A stretch of DNA of 64,000 nt from Nannocystis sp. RBIL2. Lineage in GTDB: Bacteria; Myxococcota_A; Polyangia; Nannocystales; Nannocystaceae. This document shows positions 19,939-32,075 of this stretch, piece after piece. The DNA lies in the NCBI RefSeq assembly GCF_026626745.1, contig NZ_JAPNJW010000001.1:908311-972310 (forward strand), in the 5' to 3' direction. The number at the start of each line of letters is the position of its first letter. The stretch's first letter is position 1. Position numbers and translations under genes: made by a program. The notes beneath the pieces are model-generated. The model saw only the letters and a list, made by a program, of their open reading frames with translations. It searched no databases and was not told where the DNA came from.

Positions 19939-20027
19939 GGCTCTCTCTTCGTTGCTGTTCGTTCAAACATGCCTGAAAGGACAGGCATCGACGGACATGG
20001 GCACTGGCACATGTCCTCTGGGACATC

Positions 20028-20954
20028 TCACTCCGGCGCCTGCAGCAGGTGGCCCGCGATCAGGTCGAGGCGCTTGCGCGTCTCGGCCGGGATCCGCGCC
20101 TTATCGGTGATGAGCGCGTGCTGCAGCGCCTGCGGGTACGGCAGCTCCGCGGTCGACGCCGGCAGCTCCGCGGCCACGCGGGCGATGAGCCGGCGCGACA
20201 GCGCCACGTTGGCCTTCAGCACCGCGATCACGGCCTCGACGCTGACCTCGCCCTCGCTCTGGTGCCAGCAGTCGTAGTCGGTGGCCAGCGCGACCAGGGC
20301 GTAGGCGATCTCGGCCTCGCGGGCGAGCTTCGCCTCGGGCAGCGCGGTCATGCCGATCACGTGCGCGCCCCACGAGCGGTACAGGTTGGACTCGGCGCGG
20401 GTCGAGAAGGCCGGGCCCTCCATCACCACGCAGGTGCCGCCGACGTGGACCCGGGCGCCCTCGGCCTCCGCCGCGCCGGCGACGCGGCGCGACAGCCCCG
20501 CGTCGACCGGATCGCCCATCTGCACGTGCGCCACCAGCCCGCCGCCGAAGAAGGTCTGGGCGCGGCCGGCGGTGCGGTCGATGAACTGGTCGGGGATGAC
20601 GACGTCGCCGGGCGCGATGTCCTCGCGCAGCGAGCCGACCGCCGACACGCTGAGCAGGTGGGTCACGCCGAGCTGCTTGAAGCCGTGCACGTTGGCGCGG
20701 AAGTTGATCTCCGACGGCAGCAGCACGTGCCCGCGGCCGTGTCGCGGCAGGAACACCGCGCGCACCGGCGGCAGACCGTCCGCCCGCGGCAGGAGCCCCA
20801 CGGTGTAGACGTCGGACGGTCGTCCGAAGGGCGTCTCGAGCGCGACCTGCTCGACCTCTTCGAGCCCCTCGATCTCGTAAAGCCCCGAGCCGCCGACGAC
20901 TCCCAGCACCAGACGATCACGGGCCTCGGGCGAAGCAGGATGCGGGGTCGACAT
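20028..20954 (-). CDS. mtnP: S-methyl-5'-thioadenosine phosphorylase
   Basis: VLGVVGGSGLYE...FLPRHGRGH...VIGMTALPEAKLAREAEIAYALVALATDYDCW is characteristic of the PNP/MTAP family at the right length (308 aa). Confidence 0.85.
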   Translation of the reverse strand: MSTPHPASPEARDRLVLGVVGGSGLYEIEGLEEVEQVALETPFGRPSDVYTVGLLPRADGLPPVRAVFLPRHGRGHVLLPSEINFRANVHGFKQLGVTHLLSVSAVGSLREDIAPGDVVIPDQFIDRTAGRAQTFFGGGLVAHVQMGDPVDAGLSRRVAGAAEAEGARVHVGGTCVVMEGPAFSTRAESNLYRSWGAHVIGMTALPEAKLAREAEIAYALVALATDYDCWHQSEGEVSVEAVIAVLKANVALSRRLIARVAAELPASTAELPYPQALQHALITDKARIPAETRKRLDLIAGHLLQAPE

Positions 20955-20997
20955 CGGCGGCGAGGATACCGGCGGCCCCCCGACGCGCCAAGCGCCG

Positions 20998-22611
20998 TTG
21001 CGCGCGACCCCTCACGCACGATACACAGCGGTCACGGCACCCGAGTTCCATCACGACCGCCGCGGCTGCGTCGCCGCCGGTCACCCCGTCACCGCAGCGG
21101 CCGCCATGCACGCGCTCGCGGCCGGGGGCAACGCGTTCGACGCCGTGCTCGCCGCGCTGATGGCCGCGTGTGTCGCCGAGCCGGTGCTCGCCTCGCCCGG
21201 CGGCGGCGGCTTCATCCTCGCGCTCCCGGCCGGCGGCGAGCCGCGGCTCTACGACGCCTTCGTGCACACGCCGCGCGTGCGCCGGCCGCAGGCCGAGGCC
21301 AACGCGCGCGAGGTGATCACCGACTGGGGCACCGCGCAGCAGGCCTTCCACATCGGGGTCGGCTGCGCCGCCACGCCGGGCCTCGTCGCCGGCATGTTCG
21401 CGGTCCACCGCGAGCTCGCGCGCCTGCCGATGCCCGTCATCGCCGCCCCCGCGGTGCAGGCCGCCCGCGACGGCATCGCAGTGTCGCCCTTCATGGCCTA
21501 CCTCATGACGCTGGTGGCGCCGATCTACCTCGAGCTGCCGGCCGCCCGCGCGATCTTCGGCGATCCGGCGGCCGTGGAGGGCGGCGCGCCGACGCCGGTC
21601 AAGGCCGGCGGGCGCCTCGTCAACCCTGTCCTCGGGGACATGCTCGAGCAGCTCGCGCGCGAGGGCGAGGACCTGTTCTACCGCGGCGACGTCGCCGCCG
21701 CGATCGTCCGCCAGAGCCGCGAGGCCGGCGGCCACATCACCGCCGACGACCTCGCCGCCTACCGCGTGCAGGCCCGCGCCCCGCTGCGCCTGCGCTACCG
21801 CGACGCCACCCTCCTCACCAACCCGCCGCCGGCCGCCGGCGGCCTGATGATCGCCTTCGCTCTCGCCTTGCTCTCGGGACATGGCCTGAAGGACATGGGC
21901 TTTCAGACAGCCGAGCACACGGCCCTGCTCGCCCGCGTCCAGGCCGAGACGGTGCGCGCGCGCGCCACCGCCGGCCCGCCGCGCGAGGGCGTCGAGGCGA
22001 CCTGGCTCGGCGGCGACCTGCTGGCCGCCCACGCCGCGGCGCTGGCCGGCCCGCTGCGCAGCCGCGGCACCACCCACGTCAGCGTCATCGACGCCGCCGG
22101 CAACGCCGCCACCGCCACCGTCAGCAACGGCGAGGGCTGCGGCGAGATCGTCCCCGGCACCGGCATGATGCTCAACAACATGCTCGGCGAGGACGACGTC
22201 AACCCGCCGGGCCCGCACGCCTGGCCGCTCGATCAGCGCCTGGCGTCGATGATGTCGCCGACCGCGATCATCGGCGACGACGGCAGCCTGCTGGTGTGCG
22301 GCAGCGGCGGCTCGAAGCGGATCCGCACCGCCGTCCTGCAGGTCGTCTCCAACGTCCTCGACTTCGGCTTGCCCCTGCCCGCCGCGATCGCGGCCCCGCG
22401 GATCCACGTCGAGGACGACCACGTCAGCTTCGAGGCCGGCCTCAGCCCCGCCGCCGCCGAGACCCTCGCCGGCCTGTTCGCCCGCACCACCGCCTGGCCC
22501 GGCCTCAACATGTTCTTCGGCGGCGTCCACACCGTCCAGCGCACCAAGGACGGCCGCCTGTCGGGCTTCGGCGACCCCCGCCGCGACGGCGTCTGCCTCG
22601 GCGGCGAGTAA
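20998..22611 (+). CDS. ggt: gamma-glutamyltransferase family protein
   Basis: It has a GGT fold with the autoprocessing/catalytic Thr context RGTTHVSVIDAAGNA and a glycine-rich oxyanion segment (GSGGSKRI). The exact start is uncertain (ATG 20998 or a downstream GTG). Confidence 0.8.
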   Translation: MRATPHARYTAVTAPEFHHDRRGCVAAGHPVTAAAAMHALAAGGNAFDAVLAALMAACVAEPVLASPGGGGFILALPAGGEPRLYDAFVHTPRVRRPQAEANAREVITDWGTAQQAFHIGVGCAATPGLVAGMFAVHRELARLPMPVIAAPAVQAARDGIAVSPFMAYLMTLVAPIYLELPAARAIFGDPAAVEGGAPTPVKAGGRLVNPVLGDMLEQLAREGEDLFYRGDVAAAIVRQSREAGGHITADDLAAYRVQARAPLRLRYRDATLLTNPPPAAGGLMIAFALALLSGHGLKDMGFQTAEHTALLARVQAETVRARATAGPPREGVEATWLGGDLLAAHAAALAGPLRSRGTTHVSVIDAAGNAATATVSNGEGCGEIVPGTGMMLNNMLGEDDVNPPGPHAWPLDQRLASMMSPTAIIGDDGSLLVCGSGGSKRIRTAVLQVVSNVLDFGLPLPAAIAAPRIHVEDDHVSFEAGLSPAAAETLAGLFARTTAWPGLNMFFGGVHTVQRTKDGRLSGFGDPRRDGVCLGGE

Positions 22612-22647
22612 GCGGCGCCTTCGGCGGAGCGGCGCGCGCCGTCGCTC

Positions 22648-25600
22648 TCATGTCCTTTCAGACATGTCCTTTGCGCCATCCCGTTGCCTCGGCCGCACCA
22701 GCGACGCAGCGCACGGCAGCACCAGCAGCGTCAGGAACAGCGTCGACACCAGCCCGCCGACCACCACAGTCGCCAGCGGCCGCTGCACGTCGGAGCCGAT
22801 CCCGGTCGCCCGCGCCGCGGGGACCATCCCGAGCAGCGCGACCAGGATCATGAGCAGCAACGGGCGCACCGCCCGGGCGGCCCCCTGCACCGTGTCCTCG
22901 CCCGCGTCGCCGCCGGCCGCGACCGCGCGGATCGACTCGACCAGCAGCACCCCGCTCATCACCGCCACGCCGAACAGCGACACCATCCCGACCGCCGCCG
23001 ACACGCTGAGGTGGATCCCGCGCAGCCACAGCGCGAGCACCCCGCCGAGCAACGAGAACGGCACGCACGCCAGCACCAACAGCGCCCAGCGCAGCGAGCG
23101 GAAGGTGAAGCACAGCAGCGACAGGATGATGCCCAGCGTCAGCGGCAAGATCACCACCAGACGTCGCCGCGCCCGCGCCAGGTTCTCGAACTGCCCGCCC
23201 CACTCGACCCGGTAGCCCGGCGGCAGCTGCAGCGTCGCCTGCAGCCGCCGCTGCGCCTCGGCGACGAAGCTGCCCTGGTCGCGCCCGCGGATGTTGGTGC
23301 GCACGGTGACCTGGCGGTGGTTCTCGCGCCGGGCGATGATCGTCGCGCCCTCGACCAACTCGATGTCGGCGACCTCGGCCAGCGGCACCCGACCGCCGCG
23401 GCGCGGCGTGATCATCAAACGCCCGATCGCCTCCCCGCTGGCGCGCGCCTCCGGGATGAACCGCAGCGCCGCCGCGAACCGCCGCGAGCCCTCGTACACC
23501 GTGGCGATCGGCCGCCCGCCGATCGCCAGGCTCACCAGCTGCTGCACGTCCGACACGTCGACCCCGTAGCGCGCCATGTCGGCCCGCCGCAGGCGCAGCC
23601 GCAGCTGCTCCTGCGCCGCCTCCTGCTCGATCGCGGTGTCGGCCGCCCCGGCGATCCCGGCCACCAGCGCGCGGCTCTGCACCGCCAGCCGCCGCAGCTC
23701 GTCGAGGTCGGGGCCGCGGAGGATGATCGCCAGATCGGCCGACGACCCGGTCGCCGCCTCGGTCGCGTTGTCGAGGATCGGCTGGGTGAAGCTGAACGTG
23801 GCGCCGGGGATCGCCGCTCGCAGCCGCCGCGCCAGCGCCTCGACCAGGTCGGCCTTGACCTGTCCCTTCGGCCACGTTTCGTACGGCTGCAGGTCGACCA
23901 AAAATTCGTTGCGGTTGGGCCCGTACGGGTCGGTGCCCGAGTCGTTGCGCCCGGTCTGCGAGGCGACCCGCCGGACCTCGGGCGACTGCAGCACCAGGCC
24001 CCGGATCGTCGTCGCGATCTCGGCCGACTTGAACAGCGACAGCCCGCGCGGCAGGTTGCAGCGGATCCAGATCGACCCCTCGTCGAGCTGCGGGAGGAAC
24101 TCGGTGCCGACGCGGCGACCCACCAGCACCAGCGCCGCCACAGTCATTACCGCCGCCACTGCCACCACCGGTCTGGCGCGCCGCACGAGGCGCCGGACCA
24201 GCCCCGCGTAGCCGGCCGCGATCGCCGACATCACCCGGCTGGGGCGGCTCTTCACTCCGCGGCGGAACACGTAGCTCGCCAGCACCGGCGTCAGCGTCAG
24301 GCTCAGCAGCAGCGCGCCGAGCAGGGCAGTGCTGACGGTGAACGCCATCGGCGTGAACAGCCGCCGCTCGACCCGCTGCAGCATGAACAGCGGCAGATAC
24401 GCGGCGATGATGATCGCCAGCGAGAACCCGATCGGCCGCGCCACCTCGCGGGCCGCCGCACCGAACTCGCTCGGCTCGGCCGGCGCCCGCGGGTCGGGCC
24501 GCTGCTGCAGCCGGTGCACGATCGCCTCGACCATCACCAGAGTGCCGTCGACGATGATGCCGAAGTCGAGCGCCCCGAGGCTCAGCAGGTTGGCCGGGAC
24601 CCCGGCCAGCTTCATGCACACGAACGCGAACAGCAGCGACAGCGGGATCATCAGCGCAGTCAGCAGCGCCGCGCGCACGCTGCCGAGCAGGAGCACCAGC
24701 ACGAACACGACGATGGTCACCCCCTCGGCCAGCGTGCGCGAGACCGTGCGCAGCGTCCGACCGACCAGCTCGCTGCGGTCGTAGAAGCCCTCGATGCGGG
24801 CCCCGGCCAGCTCCTCGCCGGCGTTCAGCGCGTCGACGCGGGCGTGGATGCCCCGCAGCACCTCGCTCGGGTTCTCCCACCGTCGCATCAGCACCACGCC
24901 CTCGACCCCGCCCTGGGCCGCGTCGAGGCCGAAGATCCCGGTCGGCGGCGCCGGGCCGATCCGCACCGTGGCGGCGTCGCGGACGAAGATCGGCACCCCG
25001 TCGTCGACCCCGACCAGCGTCGATGCGATGTCCTCGGCGGTCTGCAGCTGGCCGACGCTGCGCACCGCGATCGACTGCTGACCGTTGTCGATCACCCCGC
25101 CGCCCGCGTTCTCGTTGTTGTCCTCGATCGCCGCCGCGATGTCGTCGATCGACAGGTGGAACTTGTCGAGCGCGAGCGGGTCGAGCTCGACCTGGTACTG
25201 CCGGACCTCGCCGCCGAACGTGACGACGTCGGCCACCCCGGGCGCCTGCAGCAGCCGCGGCGCCACCACCCAGTCCTGCAGCGTGCGCAGCTGCATCGTC
25301 GTCAGCGTGGCGCTCACCAGGTGGTAGCGGAACATCTCGCCGATCGCCGTCGACATCGGCCCGAGCGACGACTCCACCCCCGGCGGCAGATCGGCGTCGC
25401 GCAGCTTCTCGAGCACCACCTGGCGCGCGACCAGATCGTCGATCGCGTCGTCGAAGGTCAGCTCGACCACCGACAGGCCGAAGATCGTCCGCGAGCGGCG
25501 GCCGATCACGTGCGGCACGCTGCCGAGGGACCGCTCGATCGGCACCGTGACCAGCTGCTCGACCTCCTCCGCCGCGTAGCCCGGCAGCGTCGTGATCACC

Positions 25601-25743
25601 ACCACCTGCGTGTCCGACACGTCCGGATAGGCCTCGATCTTCAGCGTCGCCAGCGCGTACGCCCCCGCCGCGCTCCACACCCCCGTGGCCAGCAGCACCG
25701 CGAGGCGGAAGCGCAGGGCGAGGAGCGGCAGCCGCGTCAGCAT
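22648..25743 (-). CDS. czcA: heavy-metal efflux RND permease (CzcA/CusA family)
   Basis: 1031 aa with 12 TM helices and RND architecture. It is the last gene of an OMF-MFP-RND operon in czcCBA order. Confidence 0.9.
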   Translation of the reverse strand: MLTRLPLLALRFRLAVLLATGVWSAAGAYALATLKIEAYPDVSDTQVVVITTLPGYAAEEVEQLVTVPIERSLGSVPHVIGRRSRTIFGLSVVELTFDDAIDDLVARQVVLEKLRDADLPPGVESSLGPMSTAIGEMFRYHLVSATLTTMQLRTLQDWVVAPRLLQAPGVADVVTFGGEVRQYQVELDPLALDKFHLSIDDIAAAIEDNNENAGGGVIDNGQQSIAVRSVGQLQTAEDIASTLVGVDDGVPIFVRDAATVRIGPAPPTGIFGLDAAQGGVEGVVLMRRWENPSEVLRGIHARVDALNAGEELAGARIEGFYDRSELVGRTLRTVSRTLAEGVTIVVFVLVLLLGSVRAALLTALMIPLSLLFAFVCMKLAGVPANLLSLGALDFGIIVDGTLVMVEAIVHRLQQRPDPRAPAEPSEFGAAAREVARPIGFSLAIIIAAYLPLFMLQRVERRLFTPMAFTVSTALLGALLLSLTLTPVLASYVFRRGVKSRPSRVMSAIAAGYAGLVRRLVRRARPVVAVAAVMTVAALVLVGRRVGTEFLPQLDEGSIWIRCNLPRGLSLFKSAEIATTIRGLVLQSPEVRRVASQTGRNDSGTDPYGPNRNEFLVDLQPYETWPKGQVKADLVEALARRLRAAIPGATFSFTQPILDNATEAATGSSADLAIILRGPDLDELRRLAVQSRALVAGIAGAADTAIEQEAAQEQLRLRLRRADMARYGVDVSDVQQLVSLAIGGRPIATVYEGSRRFAAALRFIPEARASGEAIGRLMITPRRGGRVPLAEVADIELVEGATIIARRENHRQVTVRTNIRGRDQGSFVAEAQRRLQATLQLPPGYRVEWGGQFENLARARRRLVVILPLTLGIILSLLCFTFRSLRWALLVLACVPFSLLGGVLALWLRGIHLSVSAAVGMVSLFGVAVMSGVLLVESIRAVAAGGDAGEDTVQGAARAVRPLLLMILVALLGMVPAARATGIGSDVQRPLATVVVGGLVSTLFLTLLVLPCAASLVRPRQRDGAKDMSERT

Positions 25744-25749
25744 CGATCC

Positions 25750-26919
25750 TCACTCCGACGGCAGCAGCAACAGTCCGCCGTCGACCACCACCCGCTCGCC
25801 GACCTTCGCCCCCTCCGCCAGCCCGAGCCACTCGCCGCTGCGCGCCCCGATCCTCACCGCCCGCACCTCGAAGCGGCCCGGGCCGCGCTCGACCAGCACG
25901 ACGTCGCCGCCGTCGCGGTGCAGCACCGCCGACTGCGGCACCGCCGGCATCGACGTGGTCGCCCGCGAGTGACGCACGCGACCGAACATCTCCGGGCGCA
26001 GGCGGCCGTCGGGGTTCGGCAGCGCCGCCTGGACCTTGATCGTCCGCGTCTTCGGCTCGACGGTGTCGGCGATCCGCACCACCCGGGCCGCGAACGTCTC
26101 GCCCGGGTAGGCCGCCAGCTCGGTCTGCATCGACTCGCCGAGCGCGACGAAGCGGATCAGGTTCTCCGGCACGTCGGCCGTCACCAGCACCGCGCTGAGG
26201 TCGGCGATCGTCATCAGCGGCTGGGCCGTGTCGGAGTGGAACTCGCCCGGCGCGACGTGCAGCTCGAGCACCTTGCCGGCGATCGGCGCGCGCACCGAGA
26301 TCGTGTCGCGCCGATCGCCCGCGACCAGCCCGAGCAGCCCGAGGTGCCGGCGCGCCTGCTTGCGATCGGCCTCGCTCCGCACCACCGCCGCCCGGGCTTC
26401 GGCGTGGGCCGCGTCGACGTTGTCGACCTCCTTGCGCGCCACCGCGTCGTGGGCGAAGAGCCCGTGGACGCGCTCGCGGTCGGCGGTGGCCTTGACCAGC
26501 CCGGCCCGCGCCGCCAGCACGTCGGCCTCGGACTGCTCGTAGTGGGCGATCGCCGCGTCGGCCTCGGGGCTGTCGAGCACCAGCAACACGTCGCCCGCCG
26601 CCACGCGATCGCCCACGCGGACATCGACCTCGCGCACGCGCCCGGTCACCGGCAGGAGCACGTGCGACAACCTGCCCGGATCGATCTCGAGCTGCGCCGG
26701 AGACACCACCTCGTCGGTCGACAGCTCGCGCGCAGTGACCCCGCCGATCTTCAGGCTCGACAGCATCGGCGAGTCGGCCGGCAGCTCGATCTGCGGCGAA
26801 TTGCTCGGCACCGCCGCCGGCGCCGACGCGGCCTCGCGCTGCGGCGTCCGCGGTCGACACGGCCCGAGCGAGCCGATCAACCACATCGCGATCCACCACC
26901 CGCGCGCGCTCACTGCCAT
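25750..26919 (-). CDS. czcB: efflux RND periplasmic adaptor (membrane fusion protein)
   Basis: It has biotin-lipoyl-like and beta-barrel MFP segments (DVRVGDRVAAGDVLLVLDSPEA...). It overlaps the upstream OMF gene by 10 nt. Confidence 0.8.
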   Translation of the reverse strand: MAVSARGWWIAMWLIGSLGPCRPRTPQREAASAPAAVPSNSPQIELPADSPMLSSLKIGGVTARELSTDEVVSPAQLEIDPGRLSHVLLPVTGRVREVDVRVGDRVAAGDVLLVLDSPEADAAIAHYEQSEADVLAARAGLVKATADRERVHGLFAHDAVARKEVDNVDAAHAEARAAVVRSEADRKQARRHLGLLGLVAGDRRDTISVRAPIAGKVLELHVAPGEFHSDTAQPLMTIADLSAVLVTADVPENLIRFVALGESMQTELAAYPGETFAARVVRIADTVEPKTRTIKVQAALPNPDGRLRPEMFGRVRHSRATTSMPAVPQSAVLHRDGGDVVLVERGPGRFEVRAVRIGARSGEWLGLAEGAKVGERVVVDGGLLLLPSE

Positions 26920-28211
26920 CCTCCGCTCGCCGTCACCGCCTCGATCTCGTACAGCGCCCGGGCGAACGAAGCCCGCGCCTCGTTGTAGGTCCGGCGCGTG
27001 TCGTTGTGGGCCCGCTGGGCGTCGATCAGCTCGATCAGGCTGGCCTCGCCGCGGCGGTACGCGTACTCCGCCGTCGCCAGCACCTGCTCCGCCCGCGCCA
27101 GCATCCCGCCCTCGAAGCTCGCCAGCAGCTCGCGCGCCACCTCATAGGCCACGTGGGCGTTCGCCGCCTCGATGCGGATCGCCTGTTCGACCGCCAGCGC
27201 CCGCTGATCGGCCTGCGCCGCCTGCTGACGGGAGCGCTCGATCTGCCCCTGATTGCGGTCGAACAGCCGCAGCGGCACCACCACGAAGAACCCGAGCGAG
27301 TTGCCGGTGCCGGCCAGACCTTGCTGGCGCCGCGCCTCCACGCCGACGCTCAGGTCGATCTTGCCCTCGGCGATCTGGCGGCGCACGTCGAGCTGGGTGA
27401 AGCGCTGCTCGTCGTGCGCCGCCCGCAGATCGGGCCGCTCACGCAGCGCTTGGGCCCGGATCTCCGCCAGCGCCCGCGGCGTCACGTCGGCCCGCATCTC
27501 GCCCGTGACGGAGATCGCAGCCGCCGCCTCGGTGCGGCCGAGCAGCAGCGCCAGGTTGTTGCTCGCGACCCGCTGCGCCCCCTCCGCCTGCCGCAGCTCG
27601 TTGCTCGCCTGCAGCTCGGCGATCTGCGCGCGCGTCAGGTCGACCTTGGCGAGGTCGCCGTTGGCGACGCGGACCTCGTTGAGCGCGACCACGCGGGCGT
27701 ACAGGTCGCGGTGCACCTCGGCGAGCTCGACCGCCGCGGCCGCGTACTGCACGTCGACGCAGGCGCGCTGCACGTCGCGGACCAGCCGGCGGACCGCGTC
27801 GCGGAGGCGCTGCTCGGCGACCGCCACGCCGGTCTCGGCGACCTCGATCCGGCGCTTGCGCTTGCGGCCCACGCGGAACAGCCAGTCGGTGCGGACGAAG
27901 AACTCCTCGGGGCCGGCGTGGTTGACGTTGTCGTAGTGCGTGCCGAGCAGGTCGAGGTGGTCGGCGCCGACGCTGAGCGTCGGGTTCAGGCGCAGCCGCG
28001 CCGTGACGATCTCGGCCCGCGCCAGCGGCACCTCGTATCTCTCGGCCAGGAGCTCCAGGTTGTGCCCCAGCGCCTCGCCGACCGCCTCCTCCACGCTCAT
28101 CACCTCCACCGGCGTCAACGGCGCCGCGCTCGCCTGGCCCGAGAGCCAGATGAGCACGAGCCCCGCCCCGCGGACGCGGAGCCGGCGCGCACGGGCATGC
28201 GAGCGAGACAC
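26910..28211 (-). CDS. czcC: TolC-family outer membrane efflux protein
   Basis: It has the signal peptide MSRSHARARRLRVRGAGLVLIWLSGQASA and repeated coiled-coil/beta-barrel halves typical of OMF proteins. It is the first gene of the operon. Confidence 0.8.
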   Translation of the reverse strand: MSRSHARARRLRVRGAGLVLIWLSGQASAAPLTPVEVMSVEEAVGEALGHNLELLAERYEVPLARAEIVTARLRLNPTLSVGADHLDLLGTHYDNVNHAGPEEFFVRTDWLFRVGRKRKRRIEVAETGVAVAEQRLRDAVRRLVRDVQRACVDVQYAAAAVELAEVHRDLYARVVALNEVRVANGDLAKVDLTRAQIAELQASNELRQAEGAQRVASNNLALLLGRTEAAAAISVTGEMRADVTPRALAEIRAQALRERPDLRAAHDEQRFTQLDVRRQIAEGKIDLSVGVEARRQQGLAGTGNSLGFFVVVPLRLFDRNQGQIERSRQQAAQADQRALAVEQAIRIEAANAHVAYEVARELLASFEGGMLARAEQVLATAEYAYRRGEASLIELIDAQRAHNDTRRTYNEARASFARALYEIEAVTASGGWQ

Positions 28212-28289
28212 ACGACGGTGTTATGCCGACGACCCGGGCCGGCAAGCGGGCGCCCGGTCGCGCCCGCAGCCGGCGGCCGGACGGCGAGC

Positions 28290-28470
28290 TGGCCCCCGGG
28301 ACATGCTCGTTCGGACAGCTCGAGACTCCCGCCCGCAGACTGCTCCCCGCGAGAACATGCCCCGAGGGCTCGCCCGCTTTGGACCCCGCCTCACCCGGCC
28401 TGGTCTTCCGGACATGACCCGAAGGACATGATCGTAAGCGCATGTCCGTGAGCACATGCCCTTTCAAACA
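28290..28470. repeat. cluster of CATG-centred palindromes (GGACATG/CATGTCC units) in the czcCBA promoter region
   Basis: At least 7 copies of (G)GACATG(H)(Y)C or its inverse lie within 180 bp upstream of the czcC start, including gcatgtccgtgagcacatgc (a 6-bp stem). Confidence 0.5.
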
Positions 28471-28510
28471 TGTCTCGCGCCCGTCCGGCGCCCCGACTCG
28501 GCCGGCCCGC

Positions 28511-29395
28511 TCAGAACGAGCCGCGCAGGCTGAGCCCGACGAACCCCGGCGCCAGCGCCGGCGCGAACGCGGTGCTGGGCTGCGAGCGGCGCTTGAGCCC
28601 GACGACCAGCAGGGCCACGCCGGCGCCCGCCAGCAGCGGGGCCAGCACCGCTCCGGCGATGGTCATCGACTCGGCCGCCTTGCCGCGGTCGAGCAGGTCC
28701 TGGCACGACGGCGACGGCATGCTGAGCACGCACATGTTGGCCGGGTCGTCGAACTGCTTCTCGATCGAAGAGACGCGCGCCCCGCCGACCCCGGCCACGA
28801 CCGCCGCGCCCACCCCGAGCCCGATCATCACCCCGCCGCCGATCGCCAGCCCCTTCCACGGCTTCGGCTCCGGCAGGTCGTCCGGCGACGGCGGCGGCAG
28901 CTCCTCGGGGCCCTCGACCGCGTCCGGGACCGATGGCTTCTCGGCCGCGGCCGCCGCTTCGGCCTCGGCCAGCCGCTGCTTGAAGTCGTCGCGCGCCGCC
29001 ACGATCTTGGAGCTGATGGGCGTCTCGGTCCCGTACGCGCGGGTGAAGCCCTCGCAGTAGGCGTCGAGCGCCTGGGCCGCCTCGCGCAGCGCCTCCGGCC
29101 GCTTCTCGCCCTGCAGCCCGCGCGTGAACGCGTCGACCACGTACTCGTAGACCGCGGCGCGGTTGTCCCGGTGGGCCGTCGTCTCCTTGAGGTTGGCCGC
29201 CGCCGCGATCCACGTGCGCGCCGCCTCGAGGTTCTCGCCGCGGTCGAACTTGGCCTGTCCCTCGGTGAACCCGGCCTCGAACGCCGCCAGCGCCTTCGCG
29301 TCCTGAGCGGGTGCCGCCAGCGCCGGCGACGGCGCCAGCAACGCGAGCGCGGTGAGGAGAGACAGGACCCGAGAGGGACGCGTGGCGTGCTTCAT
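28511..29395 (-). CDS. hypothetical secreted/membrane protein
   Basis: Met at 29395 gives the signal peptide MKHATRPSRVLSLLTALALLAPSPALAAPA, a helical domain and two C-terminal hydrophobic segments. The upstream part of ORF 28511..29800 is Arg-rich junk. Confidence 0.5.
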   Translation of the reverse strand: MKHATRPSRVLSLLTALALLAPSPALAAPAQDAKALAAFEAGFTEGQAKFDRGENLEAARTWIAAAANLKETTAHRDNRAAVYEYVVDAFTRGLQGEKRPEALREAAQALDAYCEGFTRAYGTETPISSKIVAARDDFKQRLAEAEAAAAAEKPSVPDAVEGPEELPPPSPDDLPEPKPWKGLAIGGGVMIGLGVGAAVVAGVGGARVSSIEKQFDDPANMCVLSMPSPSCQDLLDRGKAAESMTIAGAVLAPLLAGAGVALLVVGLKRRSQPSTAFAPALAPGFVGLSLRGSF

Positions 29396-30193
29396 GTCGT
29401 GTGGGGGATGTCCGAAAGGACAGGGCAGATCGGACCGGTGCGCGGCGCAGTCGCAGTCAGCAGGGCGCCTCGGGGGGCGAGGGCCGGGCTGCGGGCAGGG
29501 CCGAGGGGGGCGGCCCGTCCGGGCCCGCACAGGCGCGGTCGACCTCGACGAGGGCGAGCGACCAGTTGCGGGCGAAGCGGCGCGACATCCGGGGAAAAAC
29601 CGGCGCGAGTGTACAACACCTGCGCCCGCCGAGCGTCGCGCTGATCCGCGCCGCCGGCGCGCCGCCGGCCCCTCGCAGCCGCTGCACGGGCCGCTTCCGG
29701 GGCCCTCGAGGCCGACCGCCACCTCGCTGCAGCGCGCCGCCCTCGTCCGGCTGACTGCGACACCTTCGCCTTCGTCGTCGCGGCCCGGTCGCTGTCGCAA
29801 GCTCTCGCGTCGACCTTCGCCCTGTCATCTCCGTCGCGTCCGCCAGCCTCGTGCGACGAGCCTGAGGCCCGAAGCCCCGAGGTCGGCGCACGTGCACGAA
29901 GATGGGCCCGGCGCGGCGGTCGCTGCCCGTGAACCGCAGCCGGCGGGCAGCGCCGGGGACCCACATCACGGCCGACATCCGGGGAGGATCCCGGACACCT
30001 GCACTGACGGCGATCGATCGCCGCGAGCACACCCCAGCAGGTCGACGTTTCGCCGCCAACATGGCAAAAGACACCGTTTTAGCGCAGATCCGCCCGCCCG
30101 GCGCACCGGCGCCCGCACCCGGCCTCGCTCCAGAACGGACTTCGTTCTAGCGTGCAGAACGGCCACGGCTGGTGTAGGTAAGCGAGACCAGGC

Positions 30194-31891
<1,698 letters not shown>

Positions 31892-32075
31892 CGCCCTGCC
31901 CGCTGCCAGCGACAGGCGCTGTCATGTCCGCATGCTCGCGCGCACTCGTCCTCGCCCGTGCCGGCATCTCGCGCGCACCGGCGACGCGAAGCCCGGCCCT
32001 GCCCGCGAGGTCATGAGCGCCGCCGCCGCTCACCTGCCCTGCGTTTCATGACCCAACCACCATGACCGAAAGAGC

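Noticed and set aside
29457-30074. 205-aa minus-strand ORF and overlapping plus-strand ORFs in the long intergenic region before the kinase
   Set aside because: Arg-rich, no start context, no domain, and poor codon periodicity. Treated as non-coding.
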